Source: Octopus bimaculoides
Taxonomy: Eukaryota
Reading direction: 5' to 3'
NCBI RefSeq assembly: GCF_001194135.2
Contig: NC_069000.1
Span: forward strand, 26,361,781-26,425,780
DNA length: 64,000 nucleotides
Positions 13,130-25,760 of this stretch are shown here, one piece after another. The notes below the pieces were generated by a model, which worked only from the letters and a program-made list of their open reading frames with translations, was not told the DNA's origin and did no database searches. Position 1 is the first letter of the stretch, and the number at the start of each line of letters is the position of its first letter. The position numbers and the translations under genes are program-made.

Positions 13130-13570
13130 GTAGCTCAGAGGAGAGAAAGAGATAACTGGAAGTACAGAAAGAGATGATTGGTGGAAAATAAAATTGGAAG
13201 ATATCATATTGAGAATGAGGGACAGATTTTAAAAGGAAGTGGTTCAAAGGAAAGGAGGCAGTAACTGGTTGCACAAAAAGGGTGAACTATGTGCAGATTC
13301 TACTCTCGTGATTACAGTAGCTGAATAATACCAGTTAGAAGAGCAGAGAAACAGGTGTTAGAAAGATGAGAATTGGGGAAAGCTTAAAGGGATATAGATT
13401 GAGTGAATGGTCAGGCCCCAGAGAGTGTACAGACAAAAACATAATGCTTTTAGGACCTCCGTATCGTCAAGATGGACAGGTCTTCTTGAGCACAGCAAAT
13501 CACCAATCATCTTGGTCCTTTGTCATCTCCTCCATGAGGCTCAACAGCTTGAGATCAGCCTGTTTTGTCC
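13130..13570 (-). mobile_element. RTE LINE ORF-end/3'UTR fragment just downstream of NAA50
   Basis: Minus strand ctgttgagcctcatggaggagatgacaaaggaccaagatgattggtgatttgctgtgc...ggtcctaaaagc matches 28490-28600. Confidence 0.6.
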
Positions 13571-13686
13571 CATGTATGTACAAATGGATAGATTCAAGAT
13601 AAAACAAGGAAAGGCAGAAGGAGAGAAAAAAAGTCAGGTAGAAAGTCAAGAAAAGAAGAAAGAAAAATAAACATTACCAAACAATT

Positions 13687-13692
13687 TTTATT
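13687..13692 (-). terminator. Candidate NAA50 polyadenylation signal (AATAAA); alternative ATTAAA at 13921-13926
   Basis: First canonical AATAAA on the minus strand downstream of the stop codon. No transcript evidence. Confidence 0.35.
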
Positions 13693-14110
13693 CCCAGTCA
13701 TCAACACCAAATCTATTAGAAAAAGTTCTTGGTAATTTTGGTATTTGACAGGATGTTGATTCAAATCAAACAAAATAAATTAAAACCACAAAAAAACAAA
13801 AAAAAAACAGAACAGAGGGATAGAAAGAGCAGACAAAAAAATTATTCCCTCAGGTTAATTGCAAAATGAAATAGAAATGTTGAATCTTCCCAGTCATAAA
13901 ATAAATCGAGTCATGTAACTTTTAATAAACTTTATATACATACATTATATGTGTGTGTGCAGGTATATCTATCTATATATACACACACATGCACATATAT
14001 ATTCTTCCAGGTCAGACAACTGCTTGTTTATGTACAAAAACATTGATCATCACATGGCCTGCTTTTTGAGGGAGGAGAAAAGATTTTGTTTTTCTTTCAA
14101 ATTCTGAAAA

Positions 14111-14285
14111 TTATTTTTCAATACGGCGTAAAGCTTGTTGTTGTTTGGTTTTTGTAAAAGTTTTTTGTAGAACGTATGCATCTGCTGGTTCAATTCTTTT
14201 GTAGTAATTCTTCTTTTCTTCAACTATTTCAAATCCAAATTTTTCATAAAACTTTATTGCTCCAACATTGTTCACTTGGACATGC
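14111..14285 (-). CDS. NAA50: NAA50 coding exon 5 (175 nt incl. stop; LHVQVNN...[15 protein letters not shown]...)
   Basis: Acceptor tttctgttgcttgcag|. ORF 14111..14308 carries the NAA50 [10 protein letters not shown] motif and a TAA stop. Confidence 0.97.
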
Positions 14286-14698
14286 CTGCAAGCAACAGAA
14301 AGACACACACCAGAGGTAAGCTAGCTACAAAGAAGGAAGTGGGGAGTAATTAAACACTTGAAATGAGTTAGTAATTTCCAGACTATTAACCTGCTCATTA
14401 GAACATATAGAGTAGTGATATTTATCTGCACTAGATTTCATTAAGTTTCATCTCAGATTGCCATCAGTTTCCTAGTTCAAATTCAGTTTGGAACAGTAGT
14501 CAGGAAAGAAGACATCAACCTGATAATGACTGGATATCAAACCAACCAAAACATTACAAGAGTTCACACTCTAAAGATAAGATTGATAACCTGGCAAAGT
14601 ATATCTTACTAAAGGTGGTATTGTAATTGAAAGAAAAAACAGTGGCAATGATAATAACTAGCTGGACTCATGAGAAATGTTTCTATATTGTGACAGTT

Positions 14699-14915
14699 AA
14701 AGGCGGCAAGCTGGAAGAATCGTTAGCACGCCGGGCAAAATGCTTAGTGGCATTTCATGTCTTTACGTTCTGAGTTCAAATTCTGCCGCAGCCAACTTTG
14801 CCTTTCATCCTTTCAGGGTTGATAAATGAAGTAACAGTTGCACACTGGGGTCGATCTAAGTGACTGGGCCCTCTCCCACCCAAAATTTCAGGACTTGTGC
14901 CTATAGTAGAGAAGT
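14699..14915 (+). mobile_element. SINE family A, full length, in NAA50 intron 4
   Basis: aaggcggcaagctggaagaatcgttagcacgccgggcaaaatgcttag...ctgagttcaaattc...ctttcatcctttcagggttgataaatg. Confidence 0.9.
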
Positions 14916-15079
14916 ATATTGCGACAGTTACAGAATATAGAAAGGGTAAAACTGATAACTATATAATCCAACCAAAATATCTGTTACACAAATGTAAACA
15001 GAATTACTATTTAGCCTTAAGATACATCATATATATTCAGAGAGCCCTCTCGGTTTAGTGATACAGAACGTTTTTCTTG

Positions 15080-15285
15080 TATTCTTTTGTTTCAGTCATT
15101 TGACAGTTGCCATGCTGGAGCACCACCCTTTAGTCGAAGAAATTGACCCCTGGACTTATTCCTTGTAAGCCTGGTGCTTATTCTATCTGTCTCTTCTGCT
15201 GAACAGCTAAGTTACAGGGATGCAAACACACCAACATCGGTTGTCAAACAATGGTGGTGGTGGGGGGACAAACAGAGACAGTCAT
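15080..15285 (-). mobile_element. SINE family B, 3' half, in NAA50 intron 4
   Basis: ttgtttcagtcatttgac...catgctggagcaccaccctttagtcg...gcaaacacaccaacatcggttgtcaa. Confidence 0.8.
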
Positions 15286-16491
15286 ATATGTATGTGTGTG
15301 TCTTTTAGTTTTTGTTTACTTATGCACATCAACAAATGAGCCAATTGAACAACTGTGTGGTTGTTCAATTTGCTAGAAACAACAGCCAAATCTCTCATAC
15401 TATGCTCTTGATAGTATTAAGGAAAGGGAAAAATAGAATTAATATTTTTGATTTTGTTCAGCTCTATGAATTTAATTTTTTTTTTTTAATGCTTTCACCC
15501 ATTACATGATACAAGAAACGAGAAAAATCCAGACCAAAACAGAAATTGTAACTTAACAAAAATATAGAAAGAGAAAGAAAAGGTATTCGAAAGCCAAAAG
15601 TAGTTTTTTTATAATTAAAACAAATTCAAAATTTAAATTTTGGAACATAAGACTTAACATGTTATCTGAGGTATGGCCAAATTCAAACGAGTAGAAGACC
15701 TAAAACAAATGTGTGTGTGTGTGTGTGGTTGGGCCTTTAATAGCCAGGGGTCAATTTCAGTTCAATTGTAGAAAAGAATTCAGCCACTCCATCTCACTTC
15801 CTCTCTCCTTTGCACACACATCAAATTTTCCCATTAAGATTATTGTTGCTTCAGTAGACCAGTAAGCATGGGTGTTGAGAAGTAATAATACAACACATAG
15901 GTAGTGGTTTCAAATCTCTTCCAGAAATTACAAGAGATCTTTAAGCGACAAAATTTTGTTCACCAATTTCTTTCTCTTAAGCATGACACACACATCAGGT
16001 ACGTACAAAAAAGAATTGGCGTATTAATGTTATTATATTGATGATTCACAGACAATATTAGAGAAGAACATTTTACAACAAAAGGCCTTGTGTATCAGAT
16101 AAGCACAACTTCTCCAAATTTACCTAAATATTACAGCTGCTTTTTCATGCTGGATGCCTTCCTTGTCATTAATCCTTTTAGTCACCTCTCATAACATCAT
16201 GAACTTTATGGTAAAACCAAGATACACACAAACATTACTTAATATCTATAAGGCAATTTTGTTTGCCTTATCTTGCTCCTTACATGGCAAATTACAACAG
16301 GTGTAAAAATCATCATTAAAAATACAAACAATGGAACAAAGCTAACCAATGCAATGAAATTAAATTTAATTATATTTGAATGATAATTAAACCAAATTAG
16401 TTGACTATTGACTAGATCAGTCATACAATGGCATTCCCTAGATTGCCTCAATAATATTGATGCTTTGATATAAAGCAAGAAAGATACTTAC

Positions 16492-16558
16492 AAGAAAACA
16501 TTATCAAAGTTTCCATCTTCTTCACAGATTTTTAAAACATGATTCAACATCACTGTGC
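16492..16558 (-). CDS. NAA50: NAA50 coding exon 4 (67 nt; GTVMLNHVLKICEEDGNFDNVF)
   Basis: Acceptor ccattttcag|, donor |gtaagt. Frame is consistent with exons 3 and 5. Confidence 0.96.
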
Positions 16559-17254
16559 CTGAAAATGGAAGAAAAAGTTTGCAGCTAAAATGGTTTAAGG
16601 AAAAAAGTACATTTTCAAAATTTTATCTCTGAAATTGTATGTACTTGCTATTGATCATTTCTGATCACCACTGAATATCTATTCAACGTGTGGGAGAGGG
16701 AGGGTAGAAAGTTTAGAGAAATGCAAGACATTAAAAGAAAAACCTTGAGGGCAGAAATGAAGAGTCTCAGACAATGTGGTAGCAGATAAAGTAACAAAAT
16801 TTAGAAGAGGATGAAATAAAAATTTATTTAAGGGTTGCAGAGAAAACTAAGAACATAAACCTAAATAATCAAAGAGAGAAACAGGAGTTCAATTTTCTAC
16901 ACTATGAAACAATGTCATCAAAATATGTGCTTCATTAATAGAACATTATAACAAAAAATGTTGCTGTTAAAGGTTGCACATGGAAAGACTGGATACTAAA
17001 TAGTCAATACAGAAAAGATGTTTTGAATTAAGGGACTAGCTAATTCAGAAAAGTTAAGTTTGTTCAGAAGTAACAGATAGAATCTACAATGTTTTAGTCA
17101 GAGATAATATAAATAGTTCAGTAAAGCATCTCTGGCTAATAACTGCAGAGAGAAAAAACAAAAGAGTAATCAAAACATCTGAGAGAGTTTACTTCAAAGA
17201 AACGGAGTTTAATGAAAGATACTCTAACTCTTCAATATCACTGGCAATCCTTAA

Positions 17255-18134
17255 CCCTTTCGTTACTATATTTCTGACCAAAATACACCCCTCATGAGTT
17301 TCAATTAAATTCTAAAATAATCATGAATTTAGACTAGTCTCATTAAACACCTGTAACTTTTTTATTTATCAACATATTAATGTGATATTTGGAACATAAT
17401 TAAAGAAAGGGTTCTTAATCAATTCTATTGCATAATTTTTGTCTGAAAGTACTCCACGTACTGGGGTACTGCTAGTGTCTCTCACATGTAAATATTGGTT
17501 CAGCTTCACGAATCGTACTCGTTCATAATACTGGAAATATATTCATCGCCAAAAGGTTCCTGATCGCTCCAGTAATTTGTTATTCTAGGTAACTGTCTAA
17601 TACCCATAATAATATTTATGGTAAAAAATGCCCGTATTTCATCTACAGCTGCAGGAAACCACAAGCTATCTTTTTTTTCCGGTTTGTTTACATTCTGCGT
17701 AACGGTTTGTTTCCGCAGTAATCATTTCAAACAAGCATGATAAAGAAGTCTAACGGTTTCGCTTCCTGAGAAAGACTATGGGTAGACCCTGTTTCCTCAG
17801 AAAAATTGTTAATAAAAATATTTTAAAAATCTTTTTCTGATGTAAAATCATCCTCGCTGTCGCCGTCGCTGCTTTCAGTTTCGGATACAGAGGTATCCGA
17901 TTCATTATCGTTCACCATGTGCTTTTGTAGCTCATTCATTCTTTTCTTCGATATTTCCATATCTTCTGTTGAAAAACCTTCAAAGTTGTTTTGTTCCAAT
18001 GAATAAACATTCACACATTCTTGTGATCAGAAAATTGATGATTAGTCACAATCAGTGCTGAACAAGTAAATCTGTAATACACAGTTGCTGAAAATAGGTA
18101 CCATACCTACATTATGATAAAATGGTTAGAAAGG
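17255..18134 (-). mobile_element. Internally deleted piggyBac-like element in NAA50 intron 3, same orientation as the gene
   Basis: TTAA at 17251-17254 followed by CCCTTTCG; degenerate opposite end gaaagg at about 18134. Acidic N-terminus in ORF 17823..18014. Further piggyBac-type residues WFPAAVDEIRAFFTINIIMGIRQLPRITNYWS..RVRFVKLNQYLHVRD at about 17480-17680. Confidence 0.8.
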
Positions 18135-18465
18135 TTTTTTTCAAGGTGTAAAATGACATTTCAGAATAATACATATCAAAATAGATTTAAAACAACAACA
18201 AACAAAACTATTGCATATATGCATATAAAATAAAACATTGTGAGTGCAGTAATTTACAGCCAAATAACATCCCAATACCACTCATCCAAAAAGTGAGAAC
18301 AGCAACTATATTCGGATAGAATGAGTCAAAAGTTAGAAGACCACAAAACAGCCCAAGCATCAAGGTTTGAATACATTGCATCAGATAAACCACACCATGT
18401 TCTAGTGTAGTCTTAAGCCAATATTCTAATTGAATGGTGTCCAGTAGAGTGTACAAACAACTTAC

Positions 18466-18585
18466 CGATTCCCAGCCGTCTGTAAGGAAATAAGCAGCCT
18501 AAAGTCATTATGTACAATCTGCGCTGTGTTGCAGAGTTATCCACTCGGCAACACACAGCACCAACGACAATGTCATTGAAATAGG
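18466..18585 (-). CDS. NAA50: NAA50 coding exon 3 (120 nt; AYFNDIVVGAVCCRV...LYIMTLGCLFPYRRLGI)
   Basis: Acceptor ttcttttccag|, donor |gtaagt. Translated by hand; missed by the ORF track. Confidence 0.97.
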
Positions 18586-18864
18586 CTGGAAAAGAAGGAA
18601 GAAAAAAAAAATTACTTTAGCATTGAATTACATCAATTGGCATAAATTATACAAGGCAAGTTTAAATATCAATATATAATCTATTATTAAGTGACAAAGC
18701 CTAGTGGATGGATACTGGATAATCAGTTTCACCCTCTTTGGTTCAAATTCACCATTAGGCAGTAAGCATATATCTAAGAAGAGGTAACCAATATTCAGGG
18801 AACATAACCTGCAATATTGGCCCCTTAGATTCATTGTTCATTATTTCAATGATATCCACATAAA

Positions 18865-19030
18865 AAGCACCAAGTCCACTCTGCTGAGTGGTTAGTGTTA
18901 GGAAAGGCATCCAGCTGCAAAAATCCTGCCAAAACAATCACAGAAGTCTGGTGCAGGCTTCAGCCTGGCTGGCTCGTGGTACCGTCCCACCCATGCTACC
19001 ATGGAGCATGGACACATGAATGATGATGAT
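18865..19030 (+). mobile_element. RTE 3'-tail fragment
   Basis: gagtggttagtgttaggaaaggcatccagctg...cccatgctaccatggagcatggacacatgaatgatgatgatg. Confidence 0.75.
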
Positions 19031-19245
19031 GAATAGGTGGCAAGACAGCAGAACCATTAGAGCTTCAGAAAAATGCCTAATAGTATTTGTTCTGGTTCTT
19101 TACATTCTGAATTCAGGTCCTGCTATGATCAACTTTGCCTTTCCTCCTTTCAGGATTGATAATATAAAGTACCAGTCAAGCACTGAAGCCAATAGTATCA
19201 ACCTCTACCCTTCAAAATTGCTGGCCTTGTGCATAATCAGAAACC
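19031..19245 (+). mobile_element. SINE family A (degenerate) abutting an RTE tail
   Basis: aactttgcctttcctcctttcaggattgataatataaagtaccag...caaaattgctggccttgtgc. Confidence 0.7.
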
Positions 19246-21165
19246 ATTATATCAGTGATATAATGATTTATATAATGATAATGCAAATTCCTTACTAAGG
19301 AGGCACAAATGAAAAGTAAACAGTTGAATCCACCCAATATATTTCTATAATCCCAAATGAATGAAGGTCAATACTGACCCTAGCAGTATTTGAATTTGCA
19401 TAAAAAAGGAGTGAAACTAGATATTGTAAATTATTTAGTCAAACATAAGCTCCCTAACTCACAACCCACTGGAAATATTTTTTATGTAATATGATCAGGT
19501 TTTTTATGTTAGTGACACAACTGAATTGAAATGGCCACAAATAGAAGCCCTTTGAGGCTAAGAAGTTTGTATTGTAATATACACAATTCTTGGTTCAATT
19601 CCACTAAATAAGTTTCAATCAAAGCAAAACAAAAATCACAGCACTGGCTTTTAAATTTATATCATACACTTGGTGGAGAGAAACTGTGCCGAATCCTACT
19701 GGATATCTCATCCAGTAAAGTGTCACATAATGAGTAGTTCTCTCATAGGAAACAATAGAACAATTGAAACCAAGAATAAAAGAATTAAATCCAAACTGTG
19801 AACTTGCAGTACCCAATACTTTGCATCATACTGGTATATACTTGGCTTTGGACAGATAAAAGGCCATGTTAAACTCAACAGTTACCAAACTATTTTGCAC
19901 ACGTGTATGTGCACATAGTTTATTTAGAGGGGCAGTGTTCTACATTTTTGCTTAAGGTTCTGAGACAGATGGAAAGTGATCCTCAGACTGGGGACTAGAC
20001 CCATATGCTTGCACTGTTAAAATCATCCAAAGGCTAAATGGTGATTTTTAAGTTTACCTTTCCAAACAGGGATAGCCTATTTGGGGGGCTTCTCTACAGT
20101 TTTCATCTCTCAACTTTTGCTTAAAACTTTAGAGCAAGGTCCATACTCAGTAAGAAGGTCTTATCTCTCAAGTATCCTATTCAGATACTTTATACTGGTT
20201 CACTGTATTTTCAATCCCAAGAGTGATATTGTTTGTACAACTCAAAGAAAAACAAACACCACAAAGTAATTTTTAAGATATACATACACACATAGATACA
20301 ACTGGTTTCAGTATAGTACCCAGATATGAAATTCCACCTACAAGGCATTGATGGACATAAGGATATGAAAGAAAACACTTGCTCCAAAGTGCTGCTCAAT
20401 GAGACCAAGCCTGGATTCATGGTTGTGAATCAGTCATGCCTACACCTATTTTTTGTTAAGTAATAAACATTAAATATCACTGAAAACATTCTCAGACTGC
20501 TGATCATATTCTTTCTGCTCATTTTCAATTGTTTAGTTTCTATTCAGAATCAAGTTGCAGTCAAAAAGTTTACTTTACCTAAACACATACACACACAAAA
20601 AAATGTTTCAACAACTTCTCTATCTTTTTCATCCTGGCATGGTTTAGATAAGATTTACTGAGACAGTATTCAACAACATGATACCCTCCATTACTGGAGA
20701 TGTAAACATAAAATCAATATTGCCCAAACATTGTCAGTGCTAAGACATGCAGGAAATAAATGTTCGTGCACACACAATGAGCCTTCACATGGTTTTTATC
20801 TACTAATTTCATTGTTTTTATCTACTAATTTCAATCAGTAAACAAGTCAGCTCAAGCTATATAGAAGGCACTTTTCCAAGGTGTTACAAGGTGAAATCAC
20901 ATAGTTACAAAGTGAAGTTTGCAACCACACAACTATACCTACACCTAATAACTCTAAAGTAACCATTCAACTGTGAAATGGAAACTTTTGTAAATCAAGT
21001 TGAATGAAGTGATCAATCTAAATTAAGTGCCATGTCCAAAGGAATAAGAGAATGGAAAGTTTTTAAAGCACAAATAAGAGAGAGACTGTCCAATCCTTAT
21101 CACAACTTTGACAAAGCCATGTGTATCGCTATTCATAAGAACACAAATTACAAGGAGAAACTCAC

Positions 21166-21302
21166 CAAGTTTTGCTAATTCACCCACTTCCAAGACATCT
21201 TTGTAGAATTTATCATTATATGTTACAGGAAAAACATACTGATTAAGGCGTTTCAGCTGCTTGATGTTATGGGCAGTAATGTCTCCTAACTCAATACGTC
21301 CC
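21166..21302 (-). CDS. NAA50: NAA50 coding exon 2 (137 nt; GRIELGD...ELAKL)
   Basis: Acceptor ttttcattatag|, donor |gtgagt. ORF 21023..21328 contains RIELGDITAHNIKQLKRLNQYVFPVTYNDKFYKDVLEVGELAKL. Confidence 0.97.
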
Positions 21303-21715
21303 CTATAATGAAAAAGAGAAAAACACAAGTCTCATTAGTTCCAGAGACTGAAAAACTTGAGAGAGAGAGAGAGAGAGAAGCTGACAATAACAGAAAAGCT
21401 AATTCATATCTACTTGTTTATCAGCGTATGAATCTGATTTTATGCACAAAAATTTAAAATAACCCAATACGTGTATATGGAGGAATCATGTAAAATTTAT
21501 TGTTTGTATGGTTTGCACACTTTCTTTACATTCTGTAGCCATACTTACACTGCATGCTTAAAATACTTTATGTCTGGAATTAGCAGCATTAATACATAAC
21601 ATGCACTAAAGCAATTTCCCACTGAGGATCAAGAAGTGTCTAGTATTTTATTAAAACCAAATCAGTAACACAAAGCATTACTTTTCATTTTTCCCTCTAG
21701 GTCATATTAATACAC

Positions 21716-22362
21716 AGTACCGTGCAAAAGTCTTTGACCACTTTAAACTATTGTAAATTTCTACTAATTGCCAACTTATAAGTGGATGTTCCGCATTGCG
21801 GTAACACCTTCATCAAGAGAGTCTGGCTGATGAAGGTGTTACTGTATTGAAAGACTGGCCAGCTCAGAGACCTGACTTCAAGCAAATATGGATAGAACTA
21901 ACGAGAAGAGTTTGTCAGAAGAACCCACATGATCTTGAAGAGTTGTGGGAGCTAGCCACAGAGAATGGCATCTCATACAAGTGAAGATGGTGAAGGATTT
22001 GTACTGCATCTCTTCCCAAATACATTGAAACAGTTATTCAAGCAAGGGAAGCCACACAAAATATTAACAATGTACAGGAACTTCTTGAAATGAACATTAT
22101 GTAATAAATTTTCATTACAGATATTTTTGTTTTAAAACACTGGTTTATGTCAGGTGGCTGAAAACTTTTGCACAGCCATTTTTGGTGATCGTTTCTCATT
22201 CAGAACCCCTACTACAAAATATAATGATTAGGTATGGAAATGACTCCAACAGGGCCAATGTTTCATCTGTAAAAAAACACAATACAAAACATCCACTTAT
22301 AAGTTGGCAATTAGTAGAAATTTACAATAATTTAAAGAGGCCGAATACTTTTGCATGGTACT
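21716..22362. mobile_element. Tc1-like non-autonomous composite with three TIR-like ends
   Basis: Left TIR cagtaccgtgcaaaagtc; transposase remnant VTVLKDWPAQRPD..IW; internal end aaaacttttgcacag (about 22140-22155); inverted copy of the first ~75 bp at about 22272-22362. Confidence 0.75.
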
Positions 22363-23149
22363 CTATTAAACATAAATTCTGGCATATTTTGCCATAGATC
22401 AGAGGTACTCAACCATTTTTGTTTCGCAGTACACCAGTTACATATTTTATTTTTGAATTGTCGTACATGACAGAACTTCATTTTAAGACCGTGTGCTGGA
22501 AAGTAACCTTTTCCAATTATAAGCATTGTCATACCAACTTGAAGGGCATATAAAATTCTTACAATCTCTCATAATTCTTTCATCTATATCTATTGACATC
22601 CCAATATAGCTACATATTGCATCATTCAGAGTTGCATCTCATCAATTTCATTGGCCACCTCATTCTCAAATATAACTTGCAGTATATCTTTACAAAACAG
22701 GCTTGATTAACTTAATGATGTGATCCCCATTTGCAATGTTCTGAAGCAACAAAATTTGCTACTAGAGCCCTTTCTAAACCCTTGCTTTCCTTAATTTAAA
22801 TAGAACACTTGCTTTTTAAGATTAAGATCCATGAGCCCCTTCACGTAATCAACAGGCTTTTCCACCAAATGAGAGTAACTAGTTTTCAGAAACTTATGTG
22901 CATTTTTCCAAGCTCTTGGTACCATTAAGCTTGGCTGACATTATGTTATTCTCATTCATTCAGTCACAAGAATCATTTATTGATGTATACGGTCTGAAAA
23001 TACTGAATTTTTATTGTCACCAGTGAATCACAAGTTCTTTACACCAAATTTATCTATTCTGGCTGAACTTCAATCCAAAGTGCAAAGATTTAACTGTTTA
23101 AAAATGCGAATTGAATTACAAGAGAACTAACTTTTGGATTCTTTTAATC

Positions 23150-23535
23150 ACTATCATCCTCAATTTAACATCCATTTCTCCATGCTTGCATGGGTTTGAC
23201 AGAGACAAATTTTCTATGGTTGGATGCCTTTTCTGTTCCCAACCTTCAGTTTTCAAATAAGGAAAAATTTATCCATGGCCAGACATGTTTTCTTGTAAGA
23301 CTGGAAATGAAGATCATCACTTATATGATGGTGACATTCATTTACAACTATCACATGATGTCAAGACAAGGAGACACAGACGTACAATGAACTTCTTTCA
23401 GTTTTTGTCTAGCACATTCACTCACAAGCTTTGGTGAGCCCAAAGCTATAGTTGAAGATACTTGCCCAAGGTGCCATGCTAAAGTCAAAATCATATAGTT
23501 GAGAAGCAAACTTCTTAACCACACAGCCATGCCCT
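23150..23535 (-). mobile_element. SINE with a family-B head and an RTE-like 3' tail
   Basis: Head ggcatggctgtgtggttaagaagtttgcttctcaac..gcaccttgggcaagtatcttc; tail ggcatccaaccatagaaa..aacccatgcaagcatggagaaatggatgttaaa..gatgat. Confidence 0.7.
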
Positions 23536-24429
23536 ATGCCTTTAGAGTTACAAAAAAAAGGGACGGGTATTTCTGGCACCCCTAGACAATTCCCAACACT
23601 TCAGTTGAGGTTTACCTGTCTGAGGTAAACCTAAGTTAAATCTGGAGTAGACAAACCTATGTCGAATACATTCAGTCCACCATTATAAATACATACAAGA
23701 CATATAAATCAATGTGGGAGATTCCATGTGGCTGCTCAACGAGATAGAAATACTAGCCAAAACCCTTAAATCACCGCCTACCATTGAGAAAAAAAAAAGA
23801 AAAACAAAAGGACCTTACATAATGCAATCCTCAAATAAGACAAGTCAGATGGCTAGAATGTTTTCACCATAGGCTTGCTTGATCAAAGTTGGCCTACAAT
23901 TACACAACATTCTGGATAGTCTATATACTATAAAGTAACAAAATCATATATTGTACACTCCAAGTCCTTTATATTATGCTTATATTTCTAAACCTAATAT
24001 ACAACACAAACTTTCTTTTTCATTTCCTTCATCTTCCTGCCCACTTACGATGCTCAGCTATTCAAATTCATAAGACTACTCAAGTGAAGACCAGGTATTC
24101 AGAGAAACTAAAATATCCTTAATTACTTTCAACTGTTCTATAAACTGTTTTGCTTAATGCCTACTCTACCCCTCCCATTATGTTCCTATTTACTCACTAA
24201 CTATTCTTGACCATTTGAATTTTGTCCACTGTATAAAGCCATGAGCATTGACTTCCTTGTAATGTAGTTCCAACCAAATACCAGAAATCTATCTTGATTC
24301 ACTCCCCTGGTAAATAACATGGCTTCAACTTCCCCTCTGAGTCTACCATTATATTCTTCTGTATTATACACACATCTTGTATTTGACACTGCTACCACTC
24401 CCATATCAGGTAACTGAGACTACATACCC

Positions 24430-25760
24430 AAATATAATAATAATAACACCCTGCTCAGAAGAAACTGTGGTCTGATACAGACAGAAAACTATTATAAAAT
24501 AACAGTTCGACTAGAAAAGTACTTAGGAACAAAAAGTGGAAAACTACTAGATGTAATAAAGCAACACAAGAAAACCCATCTTACTATATACAAGGAGGCG
24601 ACAAAATACAAAACAGAAACAAGCTACACTGATACACTGACCTCAGATGACAACATAGCAGAAATGGTCAAAGAGGCTAAAAGCAACATGAAAACAGACC
24701 TACAAAACATACTAAAGAAGTGGAGAGAAAAACCACTCCATGGCCAATACCCTGCAAGGCTTGACAGAGAAGAAGTGAGCCTAAGTAAAAGCCAGCAATG
24801 GCTCAAAAACACTGGACTAAAAGCTGAAAGGAATGACTGATTTTCACTGACTACAAACTATAAAAGCAAAACAATGAAAACAGGCCCTAACATCAAATGC
24901 AGAATGTGCAACCAGCACAATGAGACAGTTGACCACATCATCTATGGCTGTCCAGTCCTTGCCTAATCTGAATATATATATAGACACAACCAAGTAGTTA
25001 TATCCATTGGACAATATGCCAACATTACAACATAGAAACCCGACAATAATGGTATAAATATATGCCAAACAAGGTACAAGACAAAACCTGGCCACAATCA
25101 TCTGGGATATGCCTGTTCAAACTAACAAAGAAATAAAAGCTAATCACCCAGACATAATAATCAAGAATTGGAAAAGAAACACCTGCTTATTGATAGACAT
25201 TACAGTCCCTTCTGACCAAAATATTGTCCAAAAAGAAGTGGGGAAATTGTCAAAGTACAAAAGACCTTGAAATTGAAGTATTCAAGATGTGGGGCATGAA
25301 GTTGAAAACGATACCAGTAATAATTGGAGCATTGAGCATGTTAAAAAAAACATATGAACAAAAATGTAGAAGCTGTACCTGGATTATCAACACTACACAC
25401 TATTCAAAAAATAGCTCTGCTAGGAACAGCCTACATCTTATGCAAGATGCTATCAATTCAATAATATAACCCAAACAAAACAATCCACAAACACAAGATG
25501 CACTCTATATAGCAAATATCAAATAAAATAAACTACCACCAGCAGGCAAATAACTCAACATATCACACACACAACACATAAAAAAAGAAAAGAAAAAGAA
25601 AAAGAAAAGAAACTGATGCAATACAATAGAGGGAAGAGTTTGTACACTCCCAACAGAAAGAAACACACAATGCTGCATATACCCCAGCAATACAGAGGTG
25701 TAGCAGATGATACAGTAGAAATTTACCTGAAACCACTAAATGTTGAATAATAATAATAAA
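24430..25760 (+). mobile_element. R4/Dong-type non-LTR retrotransposon, 3' fragment (CCHC + restriction-like endonuclease)
   Basis: KPLHGQYP..KCRMCNQHNETVDHIIYGCPVLA..RHNQV..IHW..IIWDMPVQTNKEIKANHPDIII..CLLIDITVPSDQNI..KLSKYKDLEIEVFKMWGMKLKTIPVIIGAL, then an (AAT)n tail at about 25747-25760. Confidence 0.85.

Noticed and set aside
1060-14050. Shared 15-mer AAAAACATTGATCAT at about 1062 and 14036
   Set aside because: An AT-rich 15-mer match is expected by chance in 64 kb, and the flanks do not align.
14699-14790. tRNA genes at SINE heads
   Set aside because: A/B-box-like motifs are present, but there is no cloverleaf and they continue into multi-copy SINE bodies.
18014-18466. In-frame NAA50-piggyBac fusion protein
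   Set aside because: Both candidate acceptors give a stop before the transposase frame, and the transposase is deleted and frameshifted.
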